A DNA stretch of 64,000 nucleotides from Octopus sinensis (Eukaryota), in NCBI RefSeq assembly GCF_006345805.1, contig NC_043015.1, positions 41,726,001-41,790,000 on the forward strand, read 5' to 3'. Of this stretch, positions 48,653-62,747 are shown one piece after another. Under the pieces are notes generated by a model, which worked only from the letters and a program-made list of their open reading frames with translations, did not search any database and was not told the DNA's origin. Position 1 is the stretch's first letter. Each line of letters opens with the position of its first letter. Both the position numbers and the translations under genes were made by a program.

Positions 48653-50010
48653 TATGTATGTTTGTATGTGCACAGAGAGAGAAATGGAGTTCGCTTCATA
48701 TCCACATGGTTTGGAGCTTAATCTGACACCGTCGACTTGCCTAAGTTTATTCTAATATAGCCTTGGGCAGGCCAAAGCTTCATCTATTTTAACGAAATTA
48801 AAGAGGAACAGAACCAGAGAGGAAAGAAAATAGCAACAATAATAATTACAACATTATAATATCTGATCATTCACCCTTGAGCACAGCATTAAACTCATCT
48901 AATGAGGTCTCACTGCCAACAACTTTAAGACCTAATTTTACTGACATATTCATGCGTTCTGAAACCTGCTGAGAAAGATACCACACGTGGAACTATGTAC
49001 ATATACACGCTGAACGAAAATAATATGCTAAATTATGTACTATGTTTGCACAAGCCACATCGAATAGCAACGTTGGTAACGCTTGAAACTTGTGCAAAAC
49101 AGGTGCTATTCAAATCTTGTTCTAAAAACATCCCTGCTGAATATCCAATCGGAGCTTGTAAGAGCATGTGATCGCAAGATGCATAAAACTTCCCTGTATT
49201 TTATACTATATTAACCACCCTTCGACGGGTCTAATATGATTTAGTATTGTTTATAAAAACTTTCATTAACATAAGAAATTAGAACTTCTCATCTTAATGT
49301 GACAGCATTATTTCTTTGAAGATAAAATGCTGTGAAATTCCCATATACCTCTTGGAAGTCTGAATAATTCCGTAAATGCTTCACCGAAATTCATATTTCG
49401 ATATATAATAAAGAGTGAATAATATATTCATTGATGTTGCTGAATGACTGCCGTGCAGTAAGAAACACAACGATCGCATTTGAAACAGTAGTAAATTAAA
49501 ACAGCCATCTGCACATCATATTAAATGTACAAACCGTAAAAAGGTATGGTGATATGGTTGCTGTCTGAGACGCAATATCTTCAGGAACATGCCGTGTTCC
49601 TCCCCCAAAAGCAATATATATGCGTATCGAAGAGCAGCACGAACGTTGTCGCACCAATGACTGACGGGGGTTCTATGCGTCTTGTCGCTCTTCAGGCTTG
49701 CCAATACCATCAGCCGATATATATCCTGCATCCACCGATATATAAGAAACGTTCTACCGTTGGACTAAAGCAACGTTTCGAATTTCTCAGTTCATTCAAG
49801 AAGCATTTGTCATGTCTGGAGATGAGGGTTCGAGTCCAAAGTGCAGCTTTCGAATTGCTTATACGCAAAGGGAATTTTAGCCTAATATTTACACGTTATC
49901 ATTTATAACTATGAGTTCTTCGAGCTTTTATATATAAATATATATATATACTTTTTTCTTATTTTTATTGTCCTAAATGTGGAAATTTTATCGGTGAGTG
50001 TATTATATAC

Positions 50011-50049
<39 letters not shown>

Positions 50050-50078
50050 TGTGTGTATGTATATTATACCTATATATG

Positions 50079-50125
<47 letters not shown>

Positions 50126-50157
50126 TATACATATATATATACATATATATATCATAG

Positions 50158-50190
<33 letters not shown>

Positions 50191-50719
50191 TGTATGTTAT
50201 GTATGTATTCAGAAGAATGCAATGCCGAGACTATACATTTTACCATACAACTCTCCTACATACTCAGAGATGGACTGGAAGTTGAAAAGCCAAGATTGTT
50301 GAATTGTCGAATTCTTTCCACTCATTTTTGTCGCTTTCCTTCAGTCACTGTTTTAGAGAAGCTACACACACATACACACACACATACACACACACACCAC
50401 ACACACACACACACACACACGCAGTCTGGGTGAGTGTGTGGTGGTATATAGTCAGAAACATATATAATACATAACGAAGTTTTAAAAAACACAGAAAAAC
50501 AAAATGGTGGATGATTTGATTAGGAATTTTTGTGTTGAAAATGAAGAAAAGAAATGTTTTTCTTTACATGCAATTGTCAGTCATAACAGTTAACATTGTT
50601 GGTAGCGACCAATATTGTAATTATATAACATCCTGCAAATCTGATATACATACATATATATATGTGTACGCATGTGTCTGTGTGTATTTCTGTGTCTGTG
50701 AGTACGAGTGTGTGGGCGC

Positions 50720-50782
<63 letters not shown>

Positions 50783-50823
50783 CACACATCGGTGTTTCCA
50801 ACCATTCCCGTCTATGTGAGTAC

Positions 50824-50856
<33 letters not shown>

Positions 50857-51038
50857 TGTGCATGTGTGTACCAACAAATATTTGTTGGTAAACTTTTTAG
50901 GCCAACAAATATATATAAACTGTGTCGTTTTCTCTCACTGTTGTCTGTTATGGAATCTCATGCAGACATGTTAGTCTGTGTGATGTGTATACGAACCTTT
51001 GTGTATTTATCTGTATGTGTACGTATATGGTATAATAT

Positions 51039-51085
<47 letters not shown>

Positions 51086-51089
<4 letters not shown>

Positions 51090-51304
51090 TTGGGAAAAAC
51101 CGGTTTGTGTGTGTAACTCCTCTCTTTCTTTCTCTTTCCTTCCATCTCTCTCACTTTCTCTCTCTCAAATATGATTTGTATTATAAGGATGTAAAGCAGA
51201 TACGTATATACATAATATATATATGCAAATGAATGTGTATTAACACACAAATATATAAATTATATGTTCCTGATATATATATATATATATACTATATATA
51301 TATA

Positions 51305-51353
<49 letters not shown>

Positions 51354-51612
51354 CAGGAACATATAATTTATATATTTGTGTGTTAATACACATTCATTTG
51401 CATATATATATTATGTATATACGTATCTGCTTTACATCCTTATAATACAAATCATATACACATACATGCACCTAATAATATAAATGCATGCGCATGTGTA
51501 TGTATGTGTATATATATAGAGAGTGAGAGAGAGAGAGAGAAAGTGAGAGAGATGGAAGGAAAGAGAAAGAAAGAGAGGGAGTTACACACACAAACCGGTT
51601 TTTCCCAAATTT
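51086..51612. repeat. Near-perfect foldback inverted duplication centred on a (TA)n tract
   Basis: 51086-51166 pairs with 51526-51612, and 51170-51275 pairs with 51351-51456. About 70 bp (51457-51525) are present only in the right arm. Confidence 0.92.
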
Positions 51613-51829
51613 ATCGTGAATAATTCCAGTGATATCGCAAGTTTTTCCCTTTGTTATTTCTGTGATATAACATAGCATTCTATGAATATGAATATTTATA
51701 TAAATTAGTAGATGCAGCTTGTAGCAAATACTGAGTGGTGTGTAAGCAGATACTTCATGTACCCAATTTAAAATTCAGCACAGCACAAAACTATCCTCAC
51801 TCAAATGCAATCTTTCATGTATTAATTTT

Positions 51830-52200
51830 TTATAGAAGAACTTTACGTATTCGCCAATGCAGACTGGTTGCTTCGAAATATCCCTTCCAGAGGGGTTTAG
51901 ATTTTTCAAGAAATTCCCTACAGTTAGTGATGCTAAAGATGGTATTTGAAAGTAAGAGAGTATCTTGTGTATATGCAGCATTTTGACAGTTCTTTCTGGT
52001 TGGAAAAAGAAGTAAGTCGGTAAGCTACTAAATACTGTGTGAAGAACTGGAATATATCCAAGACATGTAAGTTGTTTCGATGCAGGTCATAGATTTACTA
52101 AGACAAAGTTTGACTATGTCAACACAAGGCTGTATAGAGATGATGGGCTGGCAATATCCCAGCCTATGACCATCTGCTTCATCGGTATATGCAAGAAAAA
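51830..52200 (+). mobile_element. Probable Penelope-like element RT remnant
   Basis: Manual translation near 52060-52170 gives SCFDAG...VNTRLYRDDGLAIS; YRDDGL is the PLE-type RT active-site context. Upstream GLDFSR is weakly compatible. Confidence 0.5.
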
Positions 52201-52232
52201 TTCTTTTAAATATCTGAGTTTGACATAAATAT

Positions 52233-52617
52233 TATAGGCGCAGGAGTGGCTGTGTGGTAAGTAGCTTGTTTACCAACCACATGGTTCCGGGTTCATTCCC
52301 ACTGCGTGGCACCTTGGGCAAGTGTCTTCTACTATAGCCTCGGGCCGACCAAAGCCTTGTGAGTGGATTTGGTAAACGGAAACTGAAAGAAGCCCGTCGT
52401 ATATATGTATATATATATGCGTGTGTGTGATTGTGTGTCTGTATTTGTCCCCCTAGCATTGCTTGACAACCGATGCTGGTGTGTTTATGTCCCCGTTACT
52501 TAGCGGTTCGGCAAAAGAGGCCGATAAAATAAGTACTGGGCTTACAAAAGAATAAAGGCGGTGCTCCAGCATGGCCGCAGTCAAATGACTGAAACAAGTA
52601 AAAGAGTAAAAGAGAGA
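52233..52617 (+). mobile_element. SINE family A copy
   Basis: Full length, with a small internal deletion before TAAAGGCGG. Confidence 0.88.
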
Positions 52618-53846
52618 GTCCGAATTAAACTGTATGCAATCAAAGTTTTATAAATGTCAGATCTTAACACATTTAAGCATCATTGTCCTAGAATTACAAA
52701 TTACAAATGAATTTAAACTACACATTAACAGAAATTCGAACTTCCCATTGATAATCATAAAAATATAGCAGTGAAACATATGAAACGGACAAGCAGCTCC
52801 CCTGTGTCAAATTTAGCACAAGGGTAACTGAATACCTAGAATGCTACATCAGGCTTTTAATGAGCATTCTTTGCGCAGAACACAGGGTTTTTAGTGGCGT
52901 ATCGTGTGTCAATGCCGAGCAACTGGCGATTGAAGATGACGAGCCTTCAGCGCAAAATGCTACGAAATGTAGAAACACAAGTCGTGGATTCATTCGTGGA
53001 GGTCGTCGCCGGTCAGGTCACTCTCACGTGACTAGAGCTCGCCAGGAGATTGTGATGCAGTTTTTATTTTTAAGAATAGAAAAAAAAATCAGAATAGCGG
53101 TCGTTCTTCATCTTCCCTATTTGAGTCATCGATCTCCCTGGGACTTTCCGAAACGAAATTGAACGTGAAAAGATACTGCTTCCAAACGGTAGTAGAAATA
53201 AGACAAAAACCAAAAGAACATATAATCTTTAGGAACATAATGTCAGCTGTACATATTTACAGGTATGAAATACGGACTCAGATCTCAATGTAGGTTACCC
53301 ACGTGATTATTTTGAAGAAATTTTCGCCTAAAAATAAATGAAACATCTCTGGGGCAGTGATGAGGTACCTTTATATTAGTCGTAGTGTGCAAACTGACTG
53401 ATAACAACTTATACAGCCACCCACTCACTAGCATTAACTGTTTATCAATAACATATCAATAAATACATTTTATGAGAAATAATCCCAATTTTTCGTTCTG
53501 GTTCTATTCAACTATCAGTTTTCAAACAGATCGAATGGAGTAGTTTTCATCGATGTATTGATTCCAACTAACAAAGTTATTAACCAATATGCAGTTGGAG
53601 AGGATTAAGTTCTTTTATGATTTGGAACATTTGGGTTTCCTAGCAATCCGCCAGCCATTCATTTATGCTTGGTTGTTTTTTTAACATTTATGAAGTACAA
53701 CAAAATGGAAGATGAGGTTGGGTTTTGTAAACAGGTTTTCAACGTAAAATGTAGTTCACTATTCGTATGTATTACTTCTTTATGACAACTTTACATGAAT
53801 GCGTAGAGAAACACACTGACGTAACCCCACCCCACACACACACATG

Positions 53847-53909
<63 letters not shown>

Positions 53910-54029
53910 GTGTGTGTGTGTGTATTTTGGTAAGCATGAATATATGAGCGTATGTGCGTATCGGTGGGTATTACATACATACGTCCGTATGTGTATACAC
54001 AAGTATAATTATATATGTATATGTAACAT

Positions 54030-54201
54030 ACAGATAGATAGATAGACAGATAGATAGACAGATTCATAGGTAGCCAGCCAAATAGCCAGACAGACAGACA
54101 GATAGATAGATACATACATACATACATGCATGCATGCATACATACATACATACATACATACATACATACATACATACATACATACATACGTACGTACGTA
54201 C

Positions 54202-54236
<35 letters not shown>

Positions 54237-54400
54237 CATACATGCATACATACATACATATATACATACATACATACATACATTCATACATACATACATT
54301 CATACCTACATACATACATACATACATACATACATTCATACCTACATACATACATACATACATACATACATACACACATACACACATACATACATACATA
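54030..54400. repeat. (GATA)n/(CATA)n microsatellites
   Basis: Directly visible. Confidence 0.9.
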
Positions 54401-54823
54401 GGGGAAAATGTATACAATTATTTGTTCGGCTCGGTTGTTCCCTTACACTCAGCTCCGATTCAATATGGTCAGTCAGGCTGGAGCAACGACATGTGAGTGT
54501 GTGTTGTGTGTGTGTGTGTCTGTATGTGTGTTTGTATGCGTGTGTGTGCGAATGTATGTGTACATGCACATAAGTTTGCAAAACCAAAATATCTAGTACA
54601 AATTAAATTTCTATAAAGTAACATGTATTTCTTTATTCTAGTGTATCTATATACATACATAGATAGATAGATACATACATACATGCATATATATGTATGT
54701 ATGTATGTATATGTATATATAGATATATATAATATATTGATCAATGCTAGTATATCATTATAGTACGTATATGTAAATGTTTACATACATACATATATAT
54801 ATATAATATATGTATATATATAT

Positions 54824-54882
<59 letters not shown>

Positions 54883-55531
54883 AATGAAAGAATGGAGTCG
54901 AACGAATTTTCCATGCTGACGATAAACATAGGATAAGTTATTCACCTACTTATATATATATATATATATATATATACAAACATAGATAAATAGATAGATA
55001 GGATAGATAAATTGATAGGTAAAACGATCGTACATACTTAAGTTTCGTTTTCATTTTACACAACCCATTTTCTTTCCTCCTTCCTCCCCCCCCATCAAAC
55101 AACCAATCTATCCAAAATGCTTTATTGTCCTTCATTATTCTTGCATTCTTCTAAAGCAGCTGCCTTACTTTTCCTTCCACCAATGCATTTAGTATCCCAC
55201 GTATTCCTAATTAATCATACCCGTACCTTCAACGGCCAAACGCATTCTTGTTTATTAATATTTAAGTGACAACGAAAGTGAAAGTAGATTCGCCGAATAC
55301 ACAAACACACACACACACATTTGTGTATATGAATATGTATGTATATGTTATATATTTACACACATATATATATATATATGAGTGTGTGCATGCCAATATA
55401 CATACATATAAACTTTCATATATGTGAATAAATTTATATATATGTGTGTGTATATATGTATATGCATGTATGTATGTATATATGTATATGCACACATATC
55501 TATTCCATTTTATTCACTGTGCTATATATAT

Positions 55532-55575
<44 letters not shown>

Positions 55576-56203
55576 ATATATACGTAAATATATATATATA
55601 CACACACACAGATATTTATATATACGTACATATGTATATACAGACACACACACATATATACAAATATATATATACACAGACATATATATATATATATATA
55701 TATATATGCTTTCATATATATATACATACATATACATATGTATATATATATGTGGGTGTGCGTGTGTGTTTGTGTGTGTAAATGTATACACGTACAGAGA
55801 AGCTCACACACACTCACACACATACGCACACACAGATATACACACGTTCCGTATCAATCCCTGGACTATGGCGAAACCTTATAACGTCATGTGATATGGA
55901 ACGATAACAACATTTCAAACTGTTCTTCATTCAATTGATCCCTCGTATTATTTACGTCCACAAAATCCCACCCATTCTTCTCACATATAGGTGCGTAACT
56001 GTTTATCTATCTTGCTAGTTCTCTATTGATACATGGTTAAATGTTGCTCTCTATCCAAATATCAATTTATCTATTTGTCCCTCGATATATCTGTCTATAT
56101 AATTGTGTGAGGTGTAATTTCTACCGAGAATTTTCTCCTGAAAGGTCTTCCCGCGTTCGAGTGTGCACGAACGTGCTAAGTATGATTGTGTACACGCACG
56201 TAT

Positions 56204-56253
<50 letters not shown>

Positions 56254-56494
56254 GGAGAGAGTCATAAATGGAGGGATCGGAGAATAATTGAATTAGGGAC
56301 ATACAGGAAGTAATCAAGTTGGGCATACAAGATTCAGTATTCAAAATTCAGAATGTAAGGGCCAGAATGTAAGCACAAAACATTGACATTAAGAAGTTGG
56401 AAACATCGAATAAGAAGGCCAAATAAAATGAAAGAAAAAAAGAAGCAAGGCCTTTCGAATGAAACCTTTGGCAAATCAGAGGAAGAAATAATGA

Positions 56495-56700
<206 letters not shown>

Positions 56701-56798
56701 CTATATTCTTCAAAAGGGACACGAAGAAATAAACAGAGAGAGAATATATGTATGTGTGTGTGGGGGATGAGTGTATGTGTGTGTACACACACACAACG

Positions 56799-56856
<58 letters not shown>

Positions 56857-57607
56857 TATATTATATATATATATATATATATAATATATATATACACATA
56901 TATATGTACACACACAGTTATGGTATATTCTATTAAAAATGTAGTAGAGTACAGTATAAAGTTCGACCACCTTCAGATTTCATCCTGTGCTATCCGGTAG
57001 GTAGTATTATGTGTACTTCCAGGTTTGCGTTTGGGTTTCTATCATGCGTAAATAGATAGTTGAGAAACATTGAAGTAAGTACGAACATTGGTACGAACAT
57101 GCCCTCCTTCTGCCGCCAAATCATCCTACAAGCCACTTATCCAAACTGCTACGCCATGAAAACAAATTCGAATTCCCTAGGTTACAAAACAAGATTTTTA
57201 ACCACACAGCCATACATGCGCCTAAGCAATTAATTATGATTTTACTCAAAAGCTTCGGTTTTTCTCCTTACCTGATTGTTACATTATTCATACCTATGTA
57301 AAAATTAATTAGTTTAATCAAATTTTATGCAATTGATTATCGATGATAATATGCAATACAAAAGAAAAAACAAATTAGATCATTGGATTTCAAAAAATCA
57401 CTGTTCACTCTTAGGTTAATTACTCAAATAATTAATTAATTAATTAGATAATCAAAATATTTATCTAATCACCTCATCAATTATTTGAGCCGACAATATA
57501 TTTATATTGGTATTTTCAGGAATTAGCAACTAATTAAGTTTTGGCTTGCGTAGGTTTTAGGGAAGATGGCGCAAAGATATCACGTTGTAAGATTGTGTAT
57601 TAAATAA

Positions 57608-58209
57608 AGTGGCGAGCTGGCAGAATCGTTTGCATACCGGGCAAAACGCTTATCGGTATTTCGTCTGTTTTTACGTTCTGAGTTCAAATTCCGCCGAGGT
57701 CGACTTTGCCTTTCATCCTTTCGGAGTCGATTAAATAAGTACCATTTACACACTGGGGTCGATATAATCAACTTAATCCGTTTGTCTGTCCTTGTTTGTC
57801 CTCTCTGTGTTTAGCCCCTTGTGGGTAGTAAAGAAAAAGGTATTTCGTCTGAGGTTACGTTCTGAGTTCAAATTCCGCCGAGGTCGACTTTGCCTTTCAT
57901 CTTTTCGAGGATGATAAATTAAGTACCAGTTGTGTACTGGGTCGATCTAATCGACTGTGCCTAGAGTAAAATAGATTATTTTTATTATTACAGAAGGCGG
58001 CGTGCTATCAGAATCGTTATAACACCGGGCAATAATGCTTAGAGGTATTTCGTCTGTCTATACGTTCAAGGTTCAAATTCTGTCGAGATCGATTTTACCT
58101 TTCATCCTTTCGGGGATGATAAATTTAGTACCAGTTACGTACAGGGGTCGATCTAATCGAATGGCATTCTCTAAAATTTCAGGCCTTGTGCTGAGAGTAG
58201 AAAAGATCA

Positions 58210-58244
<35 letters not shown>

Positions 58245-59115
58245 CGTCGTCGTCGTCATCATCATCATCATCATCATCATAATTATTATTAATATTATAG
58301 ATGGCGGCGAGCTGGCAGAAACGTTAGCACGCCGGGCGAAATGCTTAGCAGTATTTCGTCTGCCGTTACGTTCTGAGTTCAAATTCCGCCGAAGTCAATT
58401 TTGCCTTTCATCCTTTTGGGGTCGATTAAATAAGTACCAGTTACGCACTGGGGGTCGATATAATTGACTTAATCCGTTTGTCTGTCCTTGTTTGTCCTCT
58501 CTGTGTTTGGCCCCTTGTGGGTAGTAAAGAAATAGGTATTCCGTCTGTCGCTACGTTCTGTGCTCAAAGTCCGTCGAGGTTGATTTTGCCTTTCATCCTT
58601 TCGGGGGTCGATAAATTAAGTACCAATTGAGGATTCGGGTTGAGGGGATCGACTCTCCACAAAATCCAAGCTTCGTGCCTATAGTAGAATAGATTATTGT
58701 TGTTGTATTGTATAGTAGAATAGATTATTGTTGTTAGCACGCCGGGCGAAATGCTTAGCGGTACGTTCTGAGTTCAAATTCCGCCGAGGTCGACTTTGCC
58801 TTTCATCCTTTCGGGGTCGATAAAGTAAGTACCATTTAAGCACTGGGGTCGATGTAATCGACTTAATCCCTTTGTTTGTACTTCTTTGTCCCCTCTATGT
58901 TTAGCCCCTTGTGGGCAATAAACAATAAGAAACGTTTGCACGCCGGGCAAAATACTTAGCGGTATTTCGCCCGTTGCTACGTTCAGAGTTCAAATTCCGC
59001 TTAGATCGACCTTGCCTTTCATCTTTTCGAGGTCGATATTACGAGTGAAACACAGGGGTCAATGTAATTGACTAGCACCCTCCCCACAAACCCGAGGCCT
59101 TGTGCCTCCAGTAGA
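57608..59115 (+). mobile_element. Cluster of about seven SINE family B units (several head-to-tail)
   Basis: Units at ~57608, 57838, 57995, 58302, 58535, 58735 and 58930, all in the same orientation. Confidence 0.88.
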
Positions 59116-60397
59116 AAAGAGTATTGTTGTTGTAACCGTTATTGAGTCTGTTGTTGTTGTTGTTGTTGTTGTTGTAGTAACCATTTTAGAGTTTGGCCTC
59201 TGTTCAAACCGAAAGATCAGATCGAAAATCAAATTTCATTGAAACAATGACAAATCGGCGTTATTTATTGAAGACATATTATTAAATGTGACCTTTCTTT
59301 CTTCAAGAGGCTAGTGATTGATTTAACTATAAATTTGGCTGCTATTTATAGCATCTCTAAACAATTACATAACTCCATACAGACAGACTCTGTCATTTCA
59401 TCGCAAACTCTTACTTTACCGAGAAATGCACTGAGACTATGCGATATTCATTGTGGCTGCTATTTCTAGCAACACTAACAGCCCCATAGAGACAGACTCT
59501 CTTGGCAGATTACAAACACTGATCTTATAAGGAAAATGAAACGGAATCCTTTGATATTCTTTTAGTTACTTGAACAGAGAAGAGCAGGCAGCACACTTGA
59601 GCATTTTTTTAGCATTAACTCCGAGACTGGAGGAATTGGGTAAAAAAAAAATCAGACACTCCCTGGAGTAATCACTAGTAATCGAGTACTCAACGGATGT
59701 GGTTTTGTGACATGAATCATGCTTTCGTTAATTGTTTTAGGTGTTTAAGTTGACTGAATCAACGTAATATGAAGGGTTTTGCTTAAAAACAAAACTCCTC
59801 ACCCGGTCTTGGAATCGAAACCGTAATCTTACAATTACGAACGCAACACCCTGACCACTAAGCCACGCGTATCCACACTTAATATCATACTTAACGTATA
59901 CACACTCTCGGTAGACATGATGTGGTGGTTTTCATTCAAGATAAAATCATTTATAGACGTACTGTGTCCAAAGATTTGTGGGCATTCACTCTAACTGATG
60001 CCGGGACGATTTTCGCCTCTCTATATTGGAGGCTTAGTTTCCTTGGGTGTGGCACTAACGATATTAAGATCGTCGGGCGGTGCGATTTGTTTTTGAGCAA
60101 GAGGCTTCGTTTCGTGTTTCTCCTTTCTTCTCAGCTGTAAGTAATCTCCAGCAATGACTGGGAAGTTAACCCTGCAATGGACTGGCGTTTTATCCAGGGG
60201 AGGGTGTTGTAATCTCAATCACGGCTTATACTCCGGCTTTATGAGCACGAGGGATCATAACAGGTCTAAGTCCTAAGCACTATGGCAATCAACCCCACCA
60301 AAATTTGATTCACCTCCTGGGGTTATATGGACACCTTTGAAACCCTGGACTATCAGACTGTATCGAATTGGGACTTGCCAAGATCATGCTACAAGCC

Positions 60398-60550
60398 AAC
60401 ATCTAAAAGACCCTAAAACGTCCAAAAGACCCTAAAACATCTGAAAGACCCTAAAACATACAAAACACCCTAAAACATCCAAAAGACCCTAAAACATACA
60501 AAAGACCCTAAAACATCCAAAAGACTCTAAAACATCCAAAAGACCCTAGA
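60398..60550. repeat. 19-bp minisatellite (AAAAGACCCTAAAACATCC) x ~7.5
   Basis: Directly visible tandem units with 1-2 substitutions each. Confidence 0.92.
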
Positions 60551-61009
60551 ATGTTTCCAAAATATACGTTCGTGAGTCGTGGGAATAGATGAATTAGTAA
60601 TGTCCCTATTTATGATCCTTACTGAGTCAGATACAAAAGAAAGGGTAAGGATTAACAAACAGCAAGAAAGTTCGTTCACCAGATGGAGATATATGTGTAT
60701 ACTGGTTCCCTATTCGCCCACACAGTCAGCTGCGACGATATAATAAGAAGTGCAATCTGGTAACTACAATATTTAAAACTATATTCAATTATAGGTCAAG
60801 CAGAACACAGAATTCAATCAGAATTCAATCACACGGAATACTTATTTGTTTCTCTATTCCGCTGTGAAGATCTCTCTGCTATTTCCACAACCAAACCAAC
60901 CAAAATTAAACAATTTCTGGAACCAGCGCAAGAAAACAAGTAAAATAGACGAAGACCTAAAACAAAGGAAAACGAAATTGAAATTGGATTTTCTCATTAA
61001 GCAGAAGCG

Positions 61010-61101
61010 AATAATAATAATAATAATAATAATATAATAATAATAATAATAATAATAGTAATAATAATAATAAATATAATAATAATATAATAATAATAAT
61101 A

Positions 61102-61136
<35 letters not shown>

Positions 61137-61253
61137 ATAATAATAATAAAATAATAATAGTAATAAAATAATAATAATAATAATAATATAATAAATAATA
61201 ATAATAATAATATAATAATAATAATAATGATAATATTAATAATAATAATAATG

Positions 61254-61286
<33 letters not shown>

Positions 61287-61316
61287 GTAACAATAATAAT
61301 AATAATAATAATAATA

Positions 61317-61373
<57 letters not shown>

Positions 61374-61394
61374 GTAATAATAATAATAATAGTA

Positions 61395-61465
<71 letters not shown>

Positions 61466-61486
61466 GTAATAATGATAATAATAATA

Positions 61487-61517
<31 letters not shown>

Positions 61518-61543
61518 TGATAATATTAATAATAATAATAATG

Positions 61544-61579
<36 letters not shown>

Positions 61580-61684
61580 GTAACAATAATAATAATAATA
61601 ATAATAATAATAGTAATAATAATAATAATAATAATAATATTAATAATAATAATAATAATAATAGTAATAATAATAATAATAGTA

Positions 61685-61738
<54 letters not shown>

Positions 61739-61753
61739 GTAATAATAATAATA

Positions 61754-61792
<39 letters not shown>

Positions 61793-61807
61793 TAATAATA
61801 ATATGAG

Positions 61808-61841
<34 letters not shown>

Positions 61842-61855
61842 AGTGGTGAGGATGG

Positions 61856-61905
<50 letters not shown>

Positions 61906-62045
61906 ATGATGATGATGAGGGTGGTGGTGGTGGTGGTGGTGGTGGTGCTGCTGCTGCTGCTGGTGAGGATGATAATAACACTAGCAAGAAGAAGAAGAAG
62001 AAGAAGAAGAAGAAGAAGAAGAAGAAGAAGAAGAAGAAGAAGAAA
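61010..62045. repeat. (AAT)n tract with internal ~290-bp duplication, followed by (GAT)n/(GGT)n/(AAG)n
   Basis: The interruption pattern ATGATAATATTAAT...AGTAACAAT...AGTAATAGTAAT occurs at ~61228 and ~61518. Confidence 0.9.
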
Positions 62046-62408
62046 AGTGGTGAAGTAGGGTAAATTTATAATTAGTTTTTTGTATATAACAGGTTGGAGA
62101 GGACATTGTCGATATACTAATTCTACTTCGATAGGTAGGTGGTGAGGTGGAAGAACAAGGGTTACGGGAGATCGTGAGACCGTTCCTTCGCTGCACCGAA
62201 GGTCCACATGCCAAGTTCGATTCTCACTTGTAACTAATACACATCATTTAGACATCATTGGTTGTGCGCTCGCGCTAGGATGCTTACGTGAAGGTAGAGA
62301 GTTGTCCAATTATCAAGAACCGTTTCGCAACCATTCTGTTTGGGGTTCGATTCATCTTACGGTACCTCGGCCAGCCGAATTCTTTCCCCCGAAGCCTCTT
62401 GATAGAAA

Positions 62409-62645
62409 TGTGGAGGTGCCTGGCCTAGTGGTTAGAGTGTTGGACTCATGATCGTAAGATTATGGTTTCAATTCCTAGACCGGGTGACACGTTTTGTTCT
62501 TGAACAAAACACTTCATTTCACTCTGATCCAGACCACTCAGCTGGCAAAAGTGAGTAATCTTGCGATGGACTGGCATCCCATCCAGTGGGAAGAGAATAA
62601 GCCATGGAAACCGGAAAGCTGGCCCTTATAAGTCGGCATCACTCG
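62409..62645 (+). mobile_element. SINE family D-type (tRNA-derived head)
   Basis: TGTGGAGGTGCCTGGCCTAGTGGTTAGAGTGTTGGACTCATGATCGTAAGATTATGGTTTCAATTCC. Confidence 0.8.
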
Positions 62646-62747
62646 AAAAGGTAACAATACCTTGATTGAGATACTTTGAAAGAAACCACATAGGCAGAAA
62701 TTGTGAACAAATCCATATTTGAGTATGTATACATGATATAACGTATA

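Noticed and set aside
60105-60145. Polypyrimidine-CAG followed 2 nt later by GTAAGT (recursive/2-nt exon-like)
   Set aside because: CAGCTGTAAGTAATC belongs to a family D-type SINE segment (compare 36510 and 62540).
62093-62134. 42-nt symmetric exon candidate (ACAG|GTTGG...GATAG|GTAGGT)
   Set aside because: Good splice signals, but the peptide (WRGHCRYTNSTSI) is unrecognisable and no partner exons were found.
61236-62207. 323-aa poly-L/Y/I ORF and acidic/poly-K ORF 61803-62063
   Set aside because: Direct translations of (AAT)n, (GAT)n, (GGT)n and (AAG)n tracts.
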